Positions 29,452 to 38,661 of a stretch of 58,402 nt of DNA are shown here, in pieces (the stretch's first letter is position 1; each line of letters opens with the position of its first letter). The notes beneath the pieces are model-generated. The model ran no database searches. It saw only the letters and a list, made by a program, of their open reading frames with translations, and was not told the origin of the DNA. This DNA is from a virus. Taxonomy: Duplodnaviria > Caudoviricetes. A program made the translations under genes and the position numbers. The stretch is taken from IMG/VR virus record IMGVR_UViG_3300030118_002679, positions 1 to 58,402 of that record; one strand, 5' to 3'.

Positions 29452-29648
29452 TGGCTAATCTAAAAATACTTGCTCCTTACATTGTTATCATCGTTACTGG
29501 ATTAGTAACATGGGGTAGCTTTTCAGCACGATTAGATGAAGTAGAAAAGAAAGCAGATAACATAGCTCAAATACAACAAGACATAGCAGTGATTAAACAA
29601 GAGATAGTATGGATGAAAGCTTTCTTGGTAGAAAACATGGATAGATAG
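29451..29648 (+). CDS. Small membrane-anchored coiled-coil protein
   Basis: One TM segment followed by heptads. Confidence 0.6.
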   Translation: MANLKILAPYIVIIVTGLVTWGSFSARLDEVEKKADNIAQIQQDIAVIKQEIVWMKAFLVENMDR

Positions 29649-29662
29649 AAAGTGGTGATACC

Positions 29663-32600
29663 TTGCAAAATGAATTTGATAATAGTGGTATAAAAGGAAT
29701 AGAGGAACAAGATTTAGGTCAAGTAGAAGTTACACCCAATGAGCAAGAAACCAGTGCCTTTCCTCAATTTACTGATGCAGCAAAACAACAAAGAGGTATA
29801 GAAAATTTTAAATCTTTTAAAAAAGGTATAAAGAAAACTCTACCTTATATTCCTAACTTTGTACAAGAATTTGTTCCTGGTGCTGATTTAGCTAGACAGT
29901 TTGGTGTATTAGGTGATATTGGAGGAGAGCAAACATATCAACCTAGCACCGGAGAAAACATAGCTGGTGGTATAGAAAAAATAAGACAGGGAGATAGAGT
30001 TGGAGGCGGAGTAGATTTAGCTATAGGAGGTTTAGAAACTTTGGGAGCAACAGCAGACGCTGTTATGTTAGGAAGTGCATTTGCTGGACCTTTAGCACCA
30101 GCACTATTGGCAGCTGGTGTTGTATTAAAAGGTGTTACAAAAGGCGGCAAAGCAATCTTACAAAGTAAAAGCGGTAGAACATTTTTTGGTAAATTAAAAG
30201 AAGCAAGAGATGGAGTAGATGATGTAGCTTTTACAACTAAAAGAGAAGACGGAAAAGGTACAAAATTAGCCTTAAATATTGAAAGTATAGAAGCTCCACA
30301 AGGTGAGGATGTATCAGAGCTTATGGACCTTGTAGATGAGGATAAGAAAGATTTAATACAAATCACTAACACTAATTTGCAGCAAGATTTAGAAGCAGAT
30401 CCTAGAAAAAACTTTTATCGTTCTCGTCTATTAGACACTGTGGAAACTTTACAGAACAAAGCTACAGGAGAACAGTATTTAGGATCTTTACAAAACTTAG
30501 CTCAAAAAGGCAGGTTTTCTAAAGACGAATTAGAGCACTCTTTACTAGATGAGTATTTAAAAGATAACAGCACAAATAAACTTACTAAAGAAGATTTGTT
30601 AGATTATATGGAACAAAATACTCCAGACATCAAGGTAAATAGACTGGTTCACCCAGACAAGATAGAAGGACAAAATGAGGATATTAAGTTTTCACAAGAA
30701 GAGATGATAGATTTTGAAGATAGTGAATTTGGTATGAGTGAACGTTTTGATGATGAAATAATAGAAGAACGAGGTTACGCAGATAACAACAATTCTTCTT
30801 TTATTAATCAAGCATTAATGGATGCTATGTATAGAAAAGAATTTCCAGAAGAGTACGAAAGGTATTCATTGTTAAAAGCAAGTAAAGATAACCCAGAAAG
30901 TGCACTTAACATAGGAACTCTTGATGAAGAGAGTATAATAAAACTCGATAAAAAATTTGATGATATGGTCAAAAATGTACCTGATTATGAATTAGCAATA
31001 AAACAAGGTGATTTATTTGAACCTGAAAAAAAATATACTCAACAGCAGTATTTTGCAGATCAAGCAAAAGCTTTAAGAAATGTAAAAGGTGCGAAGGACT
31101 ATGACACTAATTATAAAGATATTGAACCTGAATTAATAGAAATAGCAAAAGCTGATGTTCGAAGAGAATATAATGAGTATCCTAATTATGTATCCAGAAA
31201 TCCTCTAGGTTATCAAATAGTATCAAATAATAATCTTGGAGGCTTTGAAGAGTTTTCAGTTATTGATCCTGATGATCAGTTTGTACAAGAGGCACCCACT
31301 TATAATGAGGCAGAGATTATAGCTAGGAGACATGCTGCTCAACAAGGATTTATAAATCAAGAAGAGGCCATATTTTCTCCGTATGTAACTGGTTTAGGTA
31401 ATCCTAACACTTATGAAGAAATACCTTTATCATTAGAAAGTCCTTTAGCTAAATCAGAAGGTGCTATAGTGCCCACAAACGCCCAAAGTGGTTCAGCATC
31501 AAATCATATGGGGGTTTTAAATAATATTGGTCACATTAGAGTTAATCAAATAGACCCTACCTCACAGCTTGCAAATGGCAGAAGAATTTATTTAGTTGAA
31601 GAATTTCAAAAAGACGGAGAAAACATAGTAAATAAAGCTGGTGGTTATGGTCCTAGCAAAAAAGATATGAGAAAATTAGATGAAATAGCAGGTATGGACA
31701 ATGAAGTAAAACGAGATTCTATGAATAACATAATAATTGATGATGTAGCTAATAATATAAAATATCGATATTATCCTAAAGGAGTATTTAGTGGCGAAAT
31801 TTTTGCATCCAAAGGATTAACAAAAGATTTTGAGGGTTTTGTAGATCCTGCCAATCAAAATGCTTCAGGTATACATCCAAAAAATCAAGAAATTGTAAAA
31901 TATTTAAAAGACAATAATTTAGAACCTAGAAGTCCAATAAGTAATGCATACCCTTTAAAAAAGAATGTTATGTTGAATTTTAGAACAGCCTTGAAAGATG
32001 CTATAGACAAAGGCAGCACACACTTTTATTATGTAGCAGGAGAGGTTCATGCTCTAAGATATGGAGAGGCTATACATTTACTTAGTGCAGATAGAGTACC
32101 AGATAGTTTATTTAAAGACAAAGTAGATGAATTTAATAAAATAGTAAAAGATGCCCCTGCAAAATTAAATAGGTATTATCTACCTCTTGAGACGAGAGCT
32201 AATAGGCCTTATGATTTAAAAGCACCTACTGAAAATACATATCAAGCTAGATTAAAACAAATCGATATATCTGATGAAAATTTTTTGAAGGCAGTTAAAG
32301 ATGAAGATGTTCAATTTTACCCAATTGGTGAAGATACAATCGTGGAAGGCACAACTGATGATTTAGATAAAATTTTAAAAAAAATCTATGGAACTGATAT
32401 TGAAACTAATATGAGAGAAGATTTTTTTAAAATAAAAAAAGTAATACCTACAGATCAAACTCCTGTAAATCTTAGAAAACCTGAGATGGAAAATCCTTTT
32501 AATACTACTGAAAAAATATACAGTTTAGTAGCTGGAAGAGATGGTCAAGAAATAGTTTTACCTTTTGACATTGAAATGATGCGAGAACAAAATCCAGAGA

Positions 32601-33442
32601 TGGCATCAAGACTAGAAGATTATGCATCGTCAAAAACACAAGATGACTTTTTTGATGATTTAATAATTGTAGATATAGCTCTTCCTGCCAGAAGTGATTA
32701 TGATGCTCCTGATACTAGTACGGAGAGTCTTCTTAGACATTTATTAGTAAATAAAGAAAACAATGATGTATTAGGTTCTTTTTATAATAATGATTTAAGT
32801 TCAGGTATGCGTACCGCACAGCAAGGCAATGAAGCTAAATTTCATAGAAGCAATGAAGAAACTTCCACTCGTACAGGAGACAAATTAAATTTACCTTACT
32901 ATTTTAAACAAATGAATGGAAACGTTAATTTTAATATAAGAGATCAAGGAAGAAATAGAGATCTCACTCCTAAAAATTTAAAAGACTTTCTAACTAAAGA
33001 ACAAATAGAAAAAATAAAAGGAGTAGAGGTAGGTAAAACACCAGAAGATGCTTATTTTGATCAATTTACTGATATAGACTTAGCAGGAAATGTTTTAGGA
33101 GGTGAGAGTAAAAAGAAACTATATAATGATATTATAAAAAAACAGGCTAATAAATACCTAAAAAGTTTAGATCCTGAAGCAAAATTATCTTTTGAAAAAT
33201 TTGATAGATCAGAAACCACACAAGATCTTGTGCCAGTTTATGGTGTAAAAATAACTAATAAAATGAGAGAAAAAATTTTAAGTGAGGGCGTAGATTCTTT
33301 TAGTCAAGGCGGCCTGGTAGTAGATGTAGTTGAAAAAACACCAACGAAAATAATTAAAAAATACAAACCTCATATACTTAAAAAAAATTACGGAGCTTTT
33401 GTAGATAATGACAATAACAAATGGGATTATATAGATGGTTGA
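29663..33442 (+). CDS. Large polyvalent-like injected protein A
   Basis: 1259 aa; N-terminal module paralogous to 33435; H...NNIGHIRV...LVEEFQKD block; FSQGGLV near the C-terminus. Confidence 0.65.
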   Translation: MQNEFDNSGIKGIEEQDLGQVEVTPNEQETSAFPQFTDAAKQQRGIENFKSFKKGIKKTLPYIPNFVQEFVPGADLARQFGVLGDIGGEQTYQPSTGENIAGGIEKIRQGDRVGGGVDLAIGGLETLGATADAVMLGSAFAGPLAPALLAAGVVLKGVTKGGKAILQSKSGRTFFGKLKEARDGVDDVAFTTKREDGKGTKLALNIESIEAPQGEDVSELMDLVDEDKKDLIQITNTNLQQDLEADPRKNFYRSRLLDTVETLQNKATGEQYLGSLQNLAQKGRFSKDELEHSLLDEYLKDNSTNKLTKEDLLDYMEQNTPDIKVNRLVHPDKIEGQNEDIKFSQEEMIDFEDSEFGMSERFDDEIIEERGYADNNNSSFINQALMDAMYRKEFPEEYERYSLLKASKDNPESALNIGTLDEESIIKLDKKFDDMVKNVPDYELAIKQGDLFEPEKKYTQQQYFADQAKALRNVKGAKDYDTNYKDIEPELIEIAKADVRREYNEYPNYVSRNPLGYQIVSNNNLGGFEEFSVIDPDDQFVQEAPTYNEAEIIARRHAAQQGFINQEEAIFSPYVTGLGNPNTYEEIPLSLESPLAKSEGAIVPTNAQSGSASNHMGVLNNIGHIRVNQIDPTSQLANGRRIYLVEEFQKDGENIVNKAGGYGPSKKDMRKLDEIAGMDNEVKRDSMNNIIIDDVANNIKYRYYPKGVFSGEIFASKGLTKDFEGFVDPANQNASGIHPKNQEIVKYLKDNNLEPRSPISNAYPLKKNVMLNFRTALKDAIDKGSTHFYYVAGEVHALRYGEAIHLLSADRVPDSLFKDKVDEFNKIVKDAPAKLNRYYLPLETRANRPYDLKAPTENTYQARLKQIDISDENFLKAVKDEDVQFYPIGEDTIVEGTTDDLDKILKKIYGTDIETNMREDFFKIKKVIPTDQTPVNLRKPEMENPFNTTEKIYSLVAGRDGQEIVLPFDIEMMREQNPEMASRLEDYASSKTQDDFFDDLIIVDIALPARSDYDAPDTSTESLLRHLLVNKENNDVLGSFYNNDLSSGMRTAQQGNEAKFHRSNEETSTRTGDKLNLPYYFKQMNGNVNFNIRDQGRNRDLTPKNLKDFLTKEQIEKIKGVEVGKTPEDAYFDQFTDIDLAGNVLGGESKKKLYNDIIKKQANKYLKSLDPEAKLSFEKFDRSETTQDLVPVYGVKITNKMREKILSEGVDSFSQGGLVVDVVEKTPTKIIKKYKPHILKKNYGAFVDNDNNKWDYIDG

Positions 33443-35954
33443 TAATTCTGGTATAAAAGGCATAGAGGAACAAGACCTTCCCTCTACAAGAAAAAGTAGA
33501 AGAGATGCTAGATCAATGATGTCTCCTCAAGAAAAAGAAATGCGTAGAACACAAACTGTTGATAAATTAAAAAAAGATTTTAAGCAAGTTCTACCTTATG
33601 TAGGACAAATAGGATTAGATTTTAAAATGGGATCAGGTATAGCTGAGTTTTTTGGTCAACAACCTGATATAATAGAAGGAGGAAAAAGACCCTCTTATTT
33701 TGAAGCAGCTCAACGCACATCAGATTTAATAAGTGAAGGTAAAGTCACTGATGCTATAGTCAGTGGAGTAGATCAAACACTAACTGCTGTTGGTGGTATT
33801 GGCGAAGGAGTTATGGCTGCTGGAGTTATGTTAGGACCTGCTGGTTTACCTTTGTTAGCAGGTGGTTGGGTAGCTAATCAAATATCAAAAAGAGGTAAAG
33901 CTATTCTTACAAACACTAAAACTGGTCAAAGAGTTTTAGCTAATTTTTCTGGTGATACAGAAAAAGGATTTAATATTGAAAGTATTGATGTACCAAAGGG
34001 TAGAGAAGAAAATCAAATTATAGATACTTTAGGAGAGGTAGTAGATAAGGATATTGTACCAGTAAACAAGGTAGATTTGACAGATGCTGATTTTGAATCA
34101 GTGCCTACACCAGAACAAAAGATAGGCCAAGGCACACTAAAAGAAGCAGGTTTTAATCCTTCTCAAGCAACAGCTTTTTGGGTTCAGTCTGGTTATAGTA
34201 AAGCCTTTCCAGATTTAACAAGAAATGAAGTAGCAAATGTATTACTAGATAATCCTGAAGTTATGAAACAGTCTCAAGATGCTATATCAAAAATGTATAC
34301 ACCCACGATCAAAGACGGAAAAGAATTTTTTAGTGTATTTAGAAGAGTGCCACTTAAAGGTAAAGAGGGTTTAGAAACTGATGAGGTAATTATATCTGGA
34401 ACATTAGATCCTAGAGTATTACCTAGATACTCTATGAGTTCTACTATGGATCAACCAGAAAGTATTATTCGAGATGATAAATCTTTAGGAACTAAACTCA
34501 GTGAAATGGGTATGCCTATGAGTATGAAAAAAGGCTATGATCCAGGCAAAGAAATCATCATCCGTTATGATGTACCTAAAGAAAAAATTATTGGATATGT
34601 TCCAGAATTAGTAAAAGCTAGTAATACTAGAGGTGCCAAAGCAAAGATAGAAAAAACATATGATGTTAAATTAGATACAGATAAAAATAAATTAGGGTTT
34701 TATAAATCTTTAGAAAAGAACGCTGCATCAGAACAAGAAGTGTTTGCTGATGTGCGAGGAATACAACCTACTATAATAAAAGATTATGAAGGTGGAATTG
34801 AAGCTATAAGAAATAACCAAGCAACAAATATTGTATTGAAAAGTGACAAAAAAACTGGTGCAGAAATATTAGAAGATGAAGGTGGTATTGGTAGATACAG
34901 TGTACTTGATGACAAGTTTATAAAAGGAGCACCAGATGATCCAAGAGCTATACTTAAAGGCTATAAAGCAGGGTCAAAAGGCGAAGAAAAGTACGGTTTA
35001 ATACCTAATCCCAAATATGGAAAAGGTGCTAAAGAAATAAATGAAAACTTTGAAAAGGCTAATATAGAAGAATTAGATAAAAGATTAGATTTTGTTAAAC
35101 AAGAATTTAATTTAAATCAATTAGAAAAACCAGATGAAGGTATCAAGGCTATAGAGCAAAAAGATTTGGATAGAAAAGCAAAAATTGAACAACGTAGAAA
35201 AGAAGCAAATATAGCTAGATTTGGTTATGATCCAAAAGATCCAAAAGATATCAAAAAAGAAGTAGAAAAAAAACCTAGAGATGAAAGCTCTGGTCATGCA
35301 GCTGATTATGTACCAGCTCAATACGGACCACCAGCTCACGACATGAATATGGTGATAAAAGAGGAATTTGCACCAGAGGGATATTCTACTATGTCCGCTG
35401 ATATAGGAGAAAATTATGAAAACTTAAAATATTTTATAACATCTCGTAGAGGCACTAAAGAATATGATGAGGAAGTTGCTTTTTTCAGAAAGCTTTTTGA
35501 AATAAAAGGTAATCCTGATGCTGAAGTAACTATTTATAGAGCTAGTCCTACTGATGATTTAAGAGCTGGTGATTTAGTTACACCAATTAAATCTGATGCA
35601 GAGGATTTGGTAGAGGAAAGTAAAATAACAAGAAAAGATATAAGAGATGCTGAAAGAAAAAGAAGAATGGAAGAAGGGCCTATAGACTTAGCTAAAGAAA
35701 AAACTTTTAAAAAGATGGATGCCATAATCGATATTTTTCCAGAGCCTAAAAAGACACCTTCTAAACTTTTTACTTATAAAGTAAAAGCAAAAGATCTTAG
35801 ATGGGATGGAAATAATGGTTTGGTAAGATGGGGTTATTTTCCAGAGGCTGATGTTGTACCATTAAAATCAGAAAAAGTAGATAAAGTAGATAAAAAAGCA
35901 CTTGGAGGACTAGTAGACCGTAACACCTATGACTGGGTGTATACAGATGGTTGA
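33435..35954 (+). CDS. Polyvalent-like injected protein B with ADP-ribosyltransferase-like domains
   Basis: VFRR...SGTLDP...SEQEV (R-S-ExE) and VTIYRA...GDLVT...KVKAKDL...WGY. Confidence 0.6.
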   Translation: MVDNSGIKGIEEQDLPSTRKSRRDARSMMSPQEKEMRRTQTVDKLKKDFKQVLPYVGQIGLDFKMGSGIAEFFGQQPDIIEGGKRPSYFEAAQRTSDLISEGKVTDAIVSGVDQTLTAVGGIGEGVMAAGVMLGPAGLPLLAGGWVANQISKRGKAILTNTKTGQRVLANFSGDTEKGFNIESIDVPKGREENQIIDTLGEVVDKDIVPVNKVDLTDADFESVPTPEQKIGQGTLKEAGFNPSQATAFWVQSGYSKAFPDLTRNEVANVLLDNPEVMKQSQDAISKMYTPTIKDGKEFFSVFRRVPLKGKEGLETDEVIISGTLDPRVLPRYSMSSTMDQPESIIRDDKSLGTKLSEMGMPMSMKKGYDPGKEIIIRYDVPKEKIIGYVPELVKASNTRGAKAKIEKTYDVKLDTDKNKLGFYKSLEKNAASEQEVFADVRGIQPTIIKDYEGGIEAIRNNQATNIVLKSDKKTGAEILEDEGGIGRYSVLDDKFIKGAPDDPRAILKGYKAGSKGEEKYGLIPNPKYGKGAKEINENFEKANIEELDKRLDFVKQEFNLNQLEKPDEGIKAIEQKDLDRKAKIEQRRKEANIARFGYDPKDPKDIKKEVEKKPRDESSGHAADYVPAQYGPPAHDMNMVIKEEFAPEGYSTMSADIGENYENLKYFITSRRGTKEYDEEVAFFRKLFEIKGNPDAEVTIYRASPTDDLRAGDLVTPIKSDAEDLVEESKITRKDIRDAERKRRMEEGPIDLAKEKTFKKMDAIIDIFPEPKKTPSKLFTYKVKAKDLRWDGNNGLVRWGYFPEADVVPLKSEKVDKVDKKALGGLVDRNTYDWVYTDG

Positions 35955-36591
35955 GCCAATATCCACTGCCCTCGCTGGATTATCTTTACTTAAAAAAAGT
36001 GTAGACTTCATAAAATCCAACATAAGTACAGCGAAAGACATTGGTGATATTATCAACCATGTTGATGCTGCTATGAACGCTGAACAACAAATAATTAAAG
36101 AGAGAGATAGAAAAGGAGATGACCCCTTTGCTGTAGAGAACGTGGCGAAAAGTGTCCTTGACGCTAGGATAGCCAGGGAAAATTTACAGGAGGTAAAATT
36201 GTTGATCGAGATGAGGTTCCCTGGTGCTTGGGGTCAAATACTAGCAGAAAGAAAAAGAAGAATAGAGGCAAAGAAACAAGCGATAAAAGAAGCTAAAGCA
36301 AAGAAGATAAAAAAAATGCAAGAGATAGAGGAGTATGTTAAGTATGGTTTTATAGCTCTTGCAACAGTTTTATTTATTGCAGTATCTATAGGTATTACTA
36401 TAAAGTTTTTTGTATCAGTAACTAATAAAGTATATGCACATAATATAGAGTATGATGATGGAAGTTGCCGACTATATGAACCTAAACTCTTTTTGATATG
36501 TATGCAAGAGGGTCGTGCTTATGCCGACACAGAGTTATATTTAGATTACAAAAAAAATCGTGGTAATTGGATTGTCGATGATGAAGAATAA
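35947..36591 (+). CDS. Membrane-anchored hypothetical protein (ATG 35947 preferred)
   Basis: MVEPISTALAG; coiled coil then a TM helix. Confidence 0.65.
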   Translation: MVEPISTALAGLSLLKKSVDFIKSNISTAKDIGDIINHVDAAMNAEQQIIKERDRKGDDPFAVENVAKSVLDARIARENLQEVKLLIEMRFPGAWGQILAERKRRIEAKKQAIKEAKAKKIKKMQEIEEYVKYGFIALATVLFIAVSIGITIKFFVSVTNKVYAHNIEYDDGSCRLYEPKLFLICMQEGRAYADTELYLDYKKNRGNWIVDDEE

Positions 36592-36600
36592 TAGTATAAT
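36572..36600 (+). promoter_or_regulatory. Sigma70-type promoter
   Basis: TTGTCG-17-TATAAT before an AAGGAG RBS. Confidence 0.55.
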
Positions 36601-36625
36601 ATAATTTTAATTTAAGGAGATACTT

Positions 36626-37015
36626 ATGAGAAAAAGTAAAGGCATGAGAAAAATGGCTAAAGGCGGAACAAAAATGATGAGAGCCAGAGGTGGTAAAATG
36701 GCTAAAGGTTACGCCAAAGGTGGATCTAAGATGATGAAAGCACAGATGGGTAATATGGTTACTAGACCTATGAACGCAGGAAGAATGGGTGCTGGCACTA
36801 GAGCAAGACCTATGGGAGCTATGAAAGGTAAGATGGCTAAAGGTTATGCAAAAGGTGGAGCTAAAATGATGAAGGCTCAAGCTGGTAAATTTTCTAAGAT
36901 TAAAGGTAGAACTCGAGGAAGTGGCACTGTTTCAGACAAAGAATTTAAAGCAATGTCAATGGCTGCTTTGAGAGTGCAAGCTAAGAAAAAAGGAATGAAA
37001 CTAGTCAAAGCATAA
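36626..37015 (+). CDS. K/M/G/A-rich low-complexity basic protein
   Basis: Repeats of MAKGG, YAKGG, KMMKAQ; strong RBS. Confidence 0.8.
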   Translation: MRKSKGMRKMAKGGTKMMRARGGKMAKGYAKGGSKMMKAQMGNMVTRPMNAGRMGAGTRARPMGAMKGKMAKGYAKGGAKMMKAQAGKFSKIKGRTRGSGTVSDKEFKAMSMAALRVQAKKKGMKLVKA

Positions 37016-37051
37016 AGCTTGACTTATGTGCTTTTTGCATTAAGATAAGTT

Positions 37052-37744
37052 ATGGCTTATCTGACTGCGAACATACCTTACTTTAAATGTTGGGTAAGAA
37101 AAGAATTTACACACAATCATTCTAAGTATCATGGAGAATATGTTCACGCATTAGCTATAGCAGTGACATGTATTCCAGATAAATCACTATCTTTTCAAGT
37201 GGTGTTTACAGGTTGTGAAGATGAAGATAATAGATTAGAAGGTCCTCATGGTGGTGCTATGTGGGCACGCATGCCAATTCAATCTTTAGTGGCTGATGAA
37301 ATACTAGAAGACTTTCCTCCTAGAGTGCCTAATCATTTCATTCAGCCTTGGGATTGTTCCTCTAGATACTTCTCAATAATACGATATGATCGTACAAGCA
37401 GCTCGCCTTGGATTACAAAAATAGATGGTAATTTTTACAATGCTAAATATTATTTTACTATTGATTACACAAATGGTGATGACATGAACGCATTAGGTGA
37501 TGATGTTGCACAACATAAACAGTCTCATATTCTTGCTATTACTAGTGGTGAGTTCGCAGGACAAATCGTAGCTCAACCTAATAATAGAGTTCGTGTCACC
37601 AATCCGGCTTTATGGGTAACTGGATCTGGTGCACCAGACTTTGTGCCTAGTCAATATGATTTTAGTGCGGAAGAAGATGAGTCCTATATGGACCCTAATT
37701 ATACCTTTGATAATTTATATGCAAAAAAAAAGGAGACTAAGTAG
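37052..37744 (+). CDS. Conserved marine phage protein
   Basis: MAYLTANIPY..., GGAMWARMPI, QPWDC, QHKQSH, PNNRVR; TTGACT-16-TAAGAT promoter immediately upstream. Confidence 0.75.
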   Translation: MAYLTANIPYFKCWVRKEFTHNHSKYHGEYVHALAIAVTCIPDKSLSFQVVFTGCEDEDNRLEGPHGGAMWARMPIQSLVADEILEDFPPRVPNHFIQPWDCSSRYFSIIRYDRTSSSPWITKIDGNFYNAKYYFTIDYTNGDDMNALGDDVAQHKQSHILAITSGEFAGQIVAQPNNRVRVTNPALWVTGSGAPDFVPSQYDFSAEEDESYMDPNYTFDNLYAKKKETK

Positions 37745-37754
37745 TCTCCCTTTT
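37723..37754. terminator. Bidirectional terminator between convergent operons
   Basis: A-run, GGAGACT-AAGT-AGTCTCC, then CTTTT. Confidence 0.75.
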
Positions 37755-37756
37755 AT

Positions 37757-37972
37757 TTATTTACTGTAGTATTCTTTTTTAGATGGTAGGTTGGCCATAT
37801 GATTTAGTGCCGACTTTTTATCACCAAACCATAACACACCACCGCCTGCTCTAAAAAATTGATTACGTTCCAGCGTAACTTTTTTTACTTCTTTTGCTCT
37901 TGCATCATAATCTGTAGATTCATCAGATTGTGCAAAGTCCTCTGGAACTTCATACAAAGTTACCTTACTCAT
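37757..37972 (-). CDS. Hypothetical early protein
   Basis: GGAGGT RBS; ATGA coupling. Confidence 0.7.
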   Translation of the reverse strand: MSKVTLYEVPEDFAQSDESTDYDARAKEVKKVTLERNQFFRAGGGVLWFGDKKSALNHMANLPSKKEYYSK

Positions 37973-38319
37973 TTTATCACCTCCTTAATTATAGCATCTG
38001 CTTTGTTAGCAATATTTTCCAACAAACTTGGTGAAGTATCTGGTTTACCATATTTGTCTGAAACTTTATTGCTCACTATTTCTTCACCATCTTTTATCGT
38101 CAACCAAACTTCATCATTGTGGTCAGGTGTAACCAACCAATCTATCACTTCTTCGTTGATTATTTTATCAGGTGCATGATTGTCTTGCATTTCACCCAAG
38201 AAATCAAAAAATTCATCATCTCCTAAACCGTCACCTAACTTGTCTATACCTTCTTTATTCTTGATAGGTTTAGTCAATATTTTTTTTAACCTATCTTTAT
38301 CTACGTGCCATGTTCCCAT
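37969..38319 (-). CDS. Hypothetical early protein (ATG 38319 preferred)
   Basis: AAGGAG RBS before MGTWHVDK. Confidence 0.7.
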   Translation of the reverse strand: MGTWHVDKDRLKKILTKPIKNKEGIDKLGDGLGDDEFFDFLGEMQDNHAPDKIINEEVIDWLVTPDHNDEVWLTIKDGEEIVSNKVSDKYGKPDTSPSLLENIANKADAIIKEVIK

Positions 38320-38356
38320 TATTTTTCTCCTTATTATTATTGATAGGAAAGTGCTG

Positions 38357-38605
38357 TTAAGCACTCTCCTTGTTGTTTTTATTTCTTTTTTTATTATGAC
38401 CAGTTTGTATTATTTTTGGTAAATTAGAATAAAATCTTTTTACATAATCAATCGCTTGATATTGGTACTTAAAAATAGAAATATTATCTTCTAATTCTGT
38501 TCTATTCTGATTATCTACCATTTCTAAAGTTACTATCCATGGGTGAGATATACCTAAAGCTTTGCTATCAGCGTGTTTCCATATTCTTATATTTTGTTTT
38601 GTCAT
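38357..38605 (-). CDS. Hypothetical early protein
   Basis: AACAAAGGAG leader behind an operator-bearing promoter. Confidence 0.7.
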   Translation of the reverse strand: MTKQNIRIWKHADSKALGISHPWIVTLEMVDNQNRTELEDNISIFKYQYQAIDYVKRFYSNLPKIIQTGHNKKRNKNNKESA

Positions 38606-38630
38606 TTTTTTCTCCTTTGTTTATATATTA

Positions 38631-38658
38631 AATATAGCACATCTAGATGTGCCGTCAA
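38631..38658 (-). promoter_or_regulatory. Sigma70 promoter with 16-bp perfect palindrome as spacer
   Basis: Minus strand reads TTGACG-GCACATCTAGATGTGC-TATATT. Confidence 0.75.
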
Positions 38659-38661
38659 ACA

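Noticed and set aside
36626-37015. True histone homolog
   Set aside because: Low-complexity repeats only; no histone-fold helices evident.
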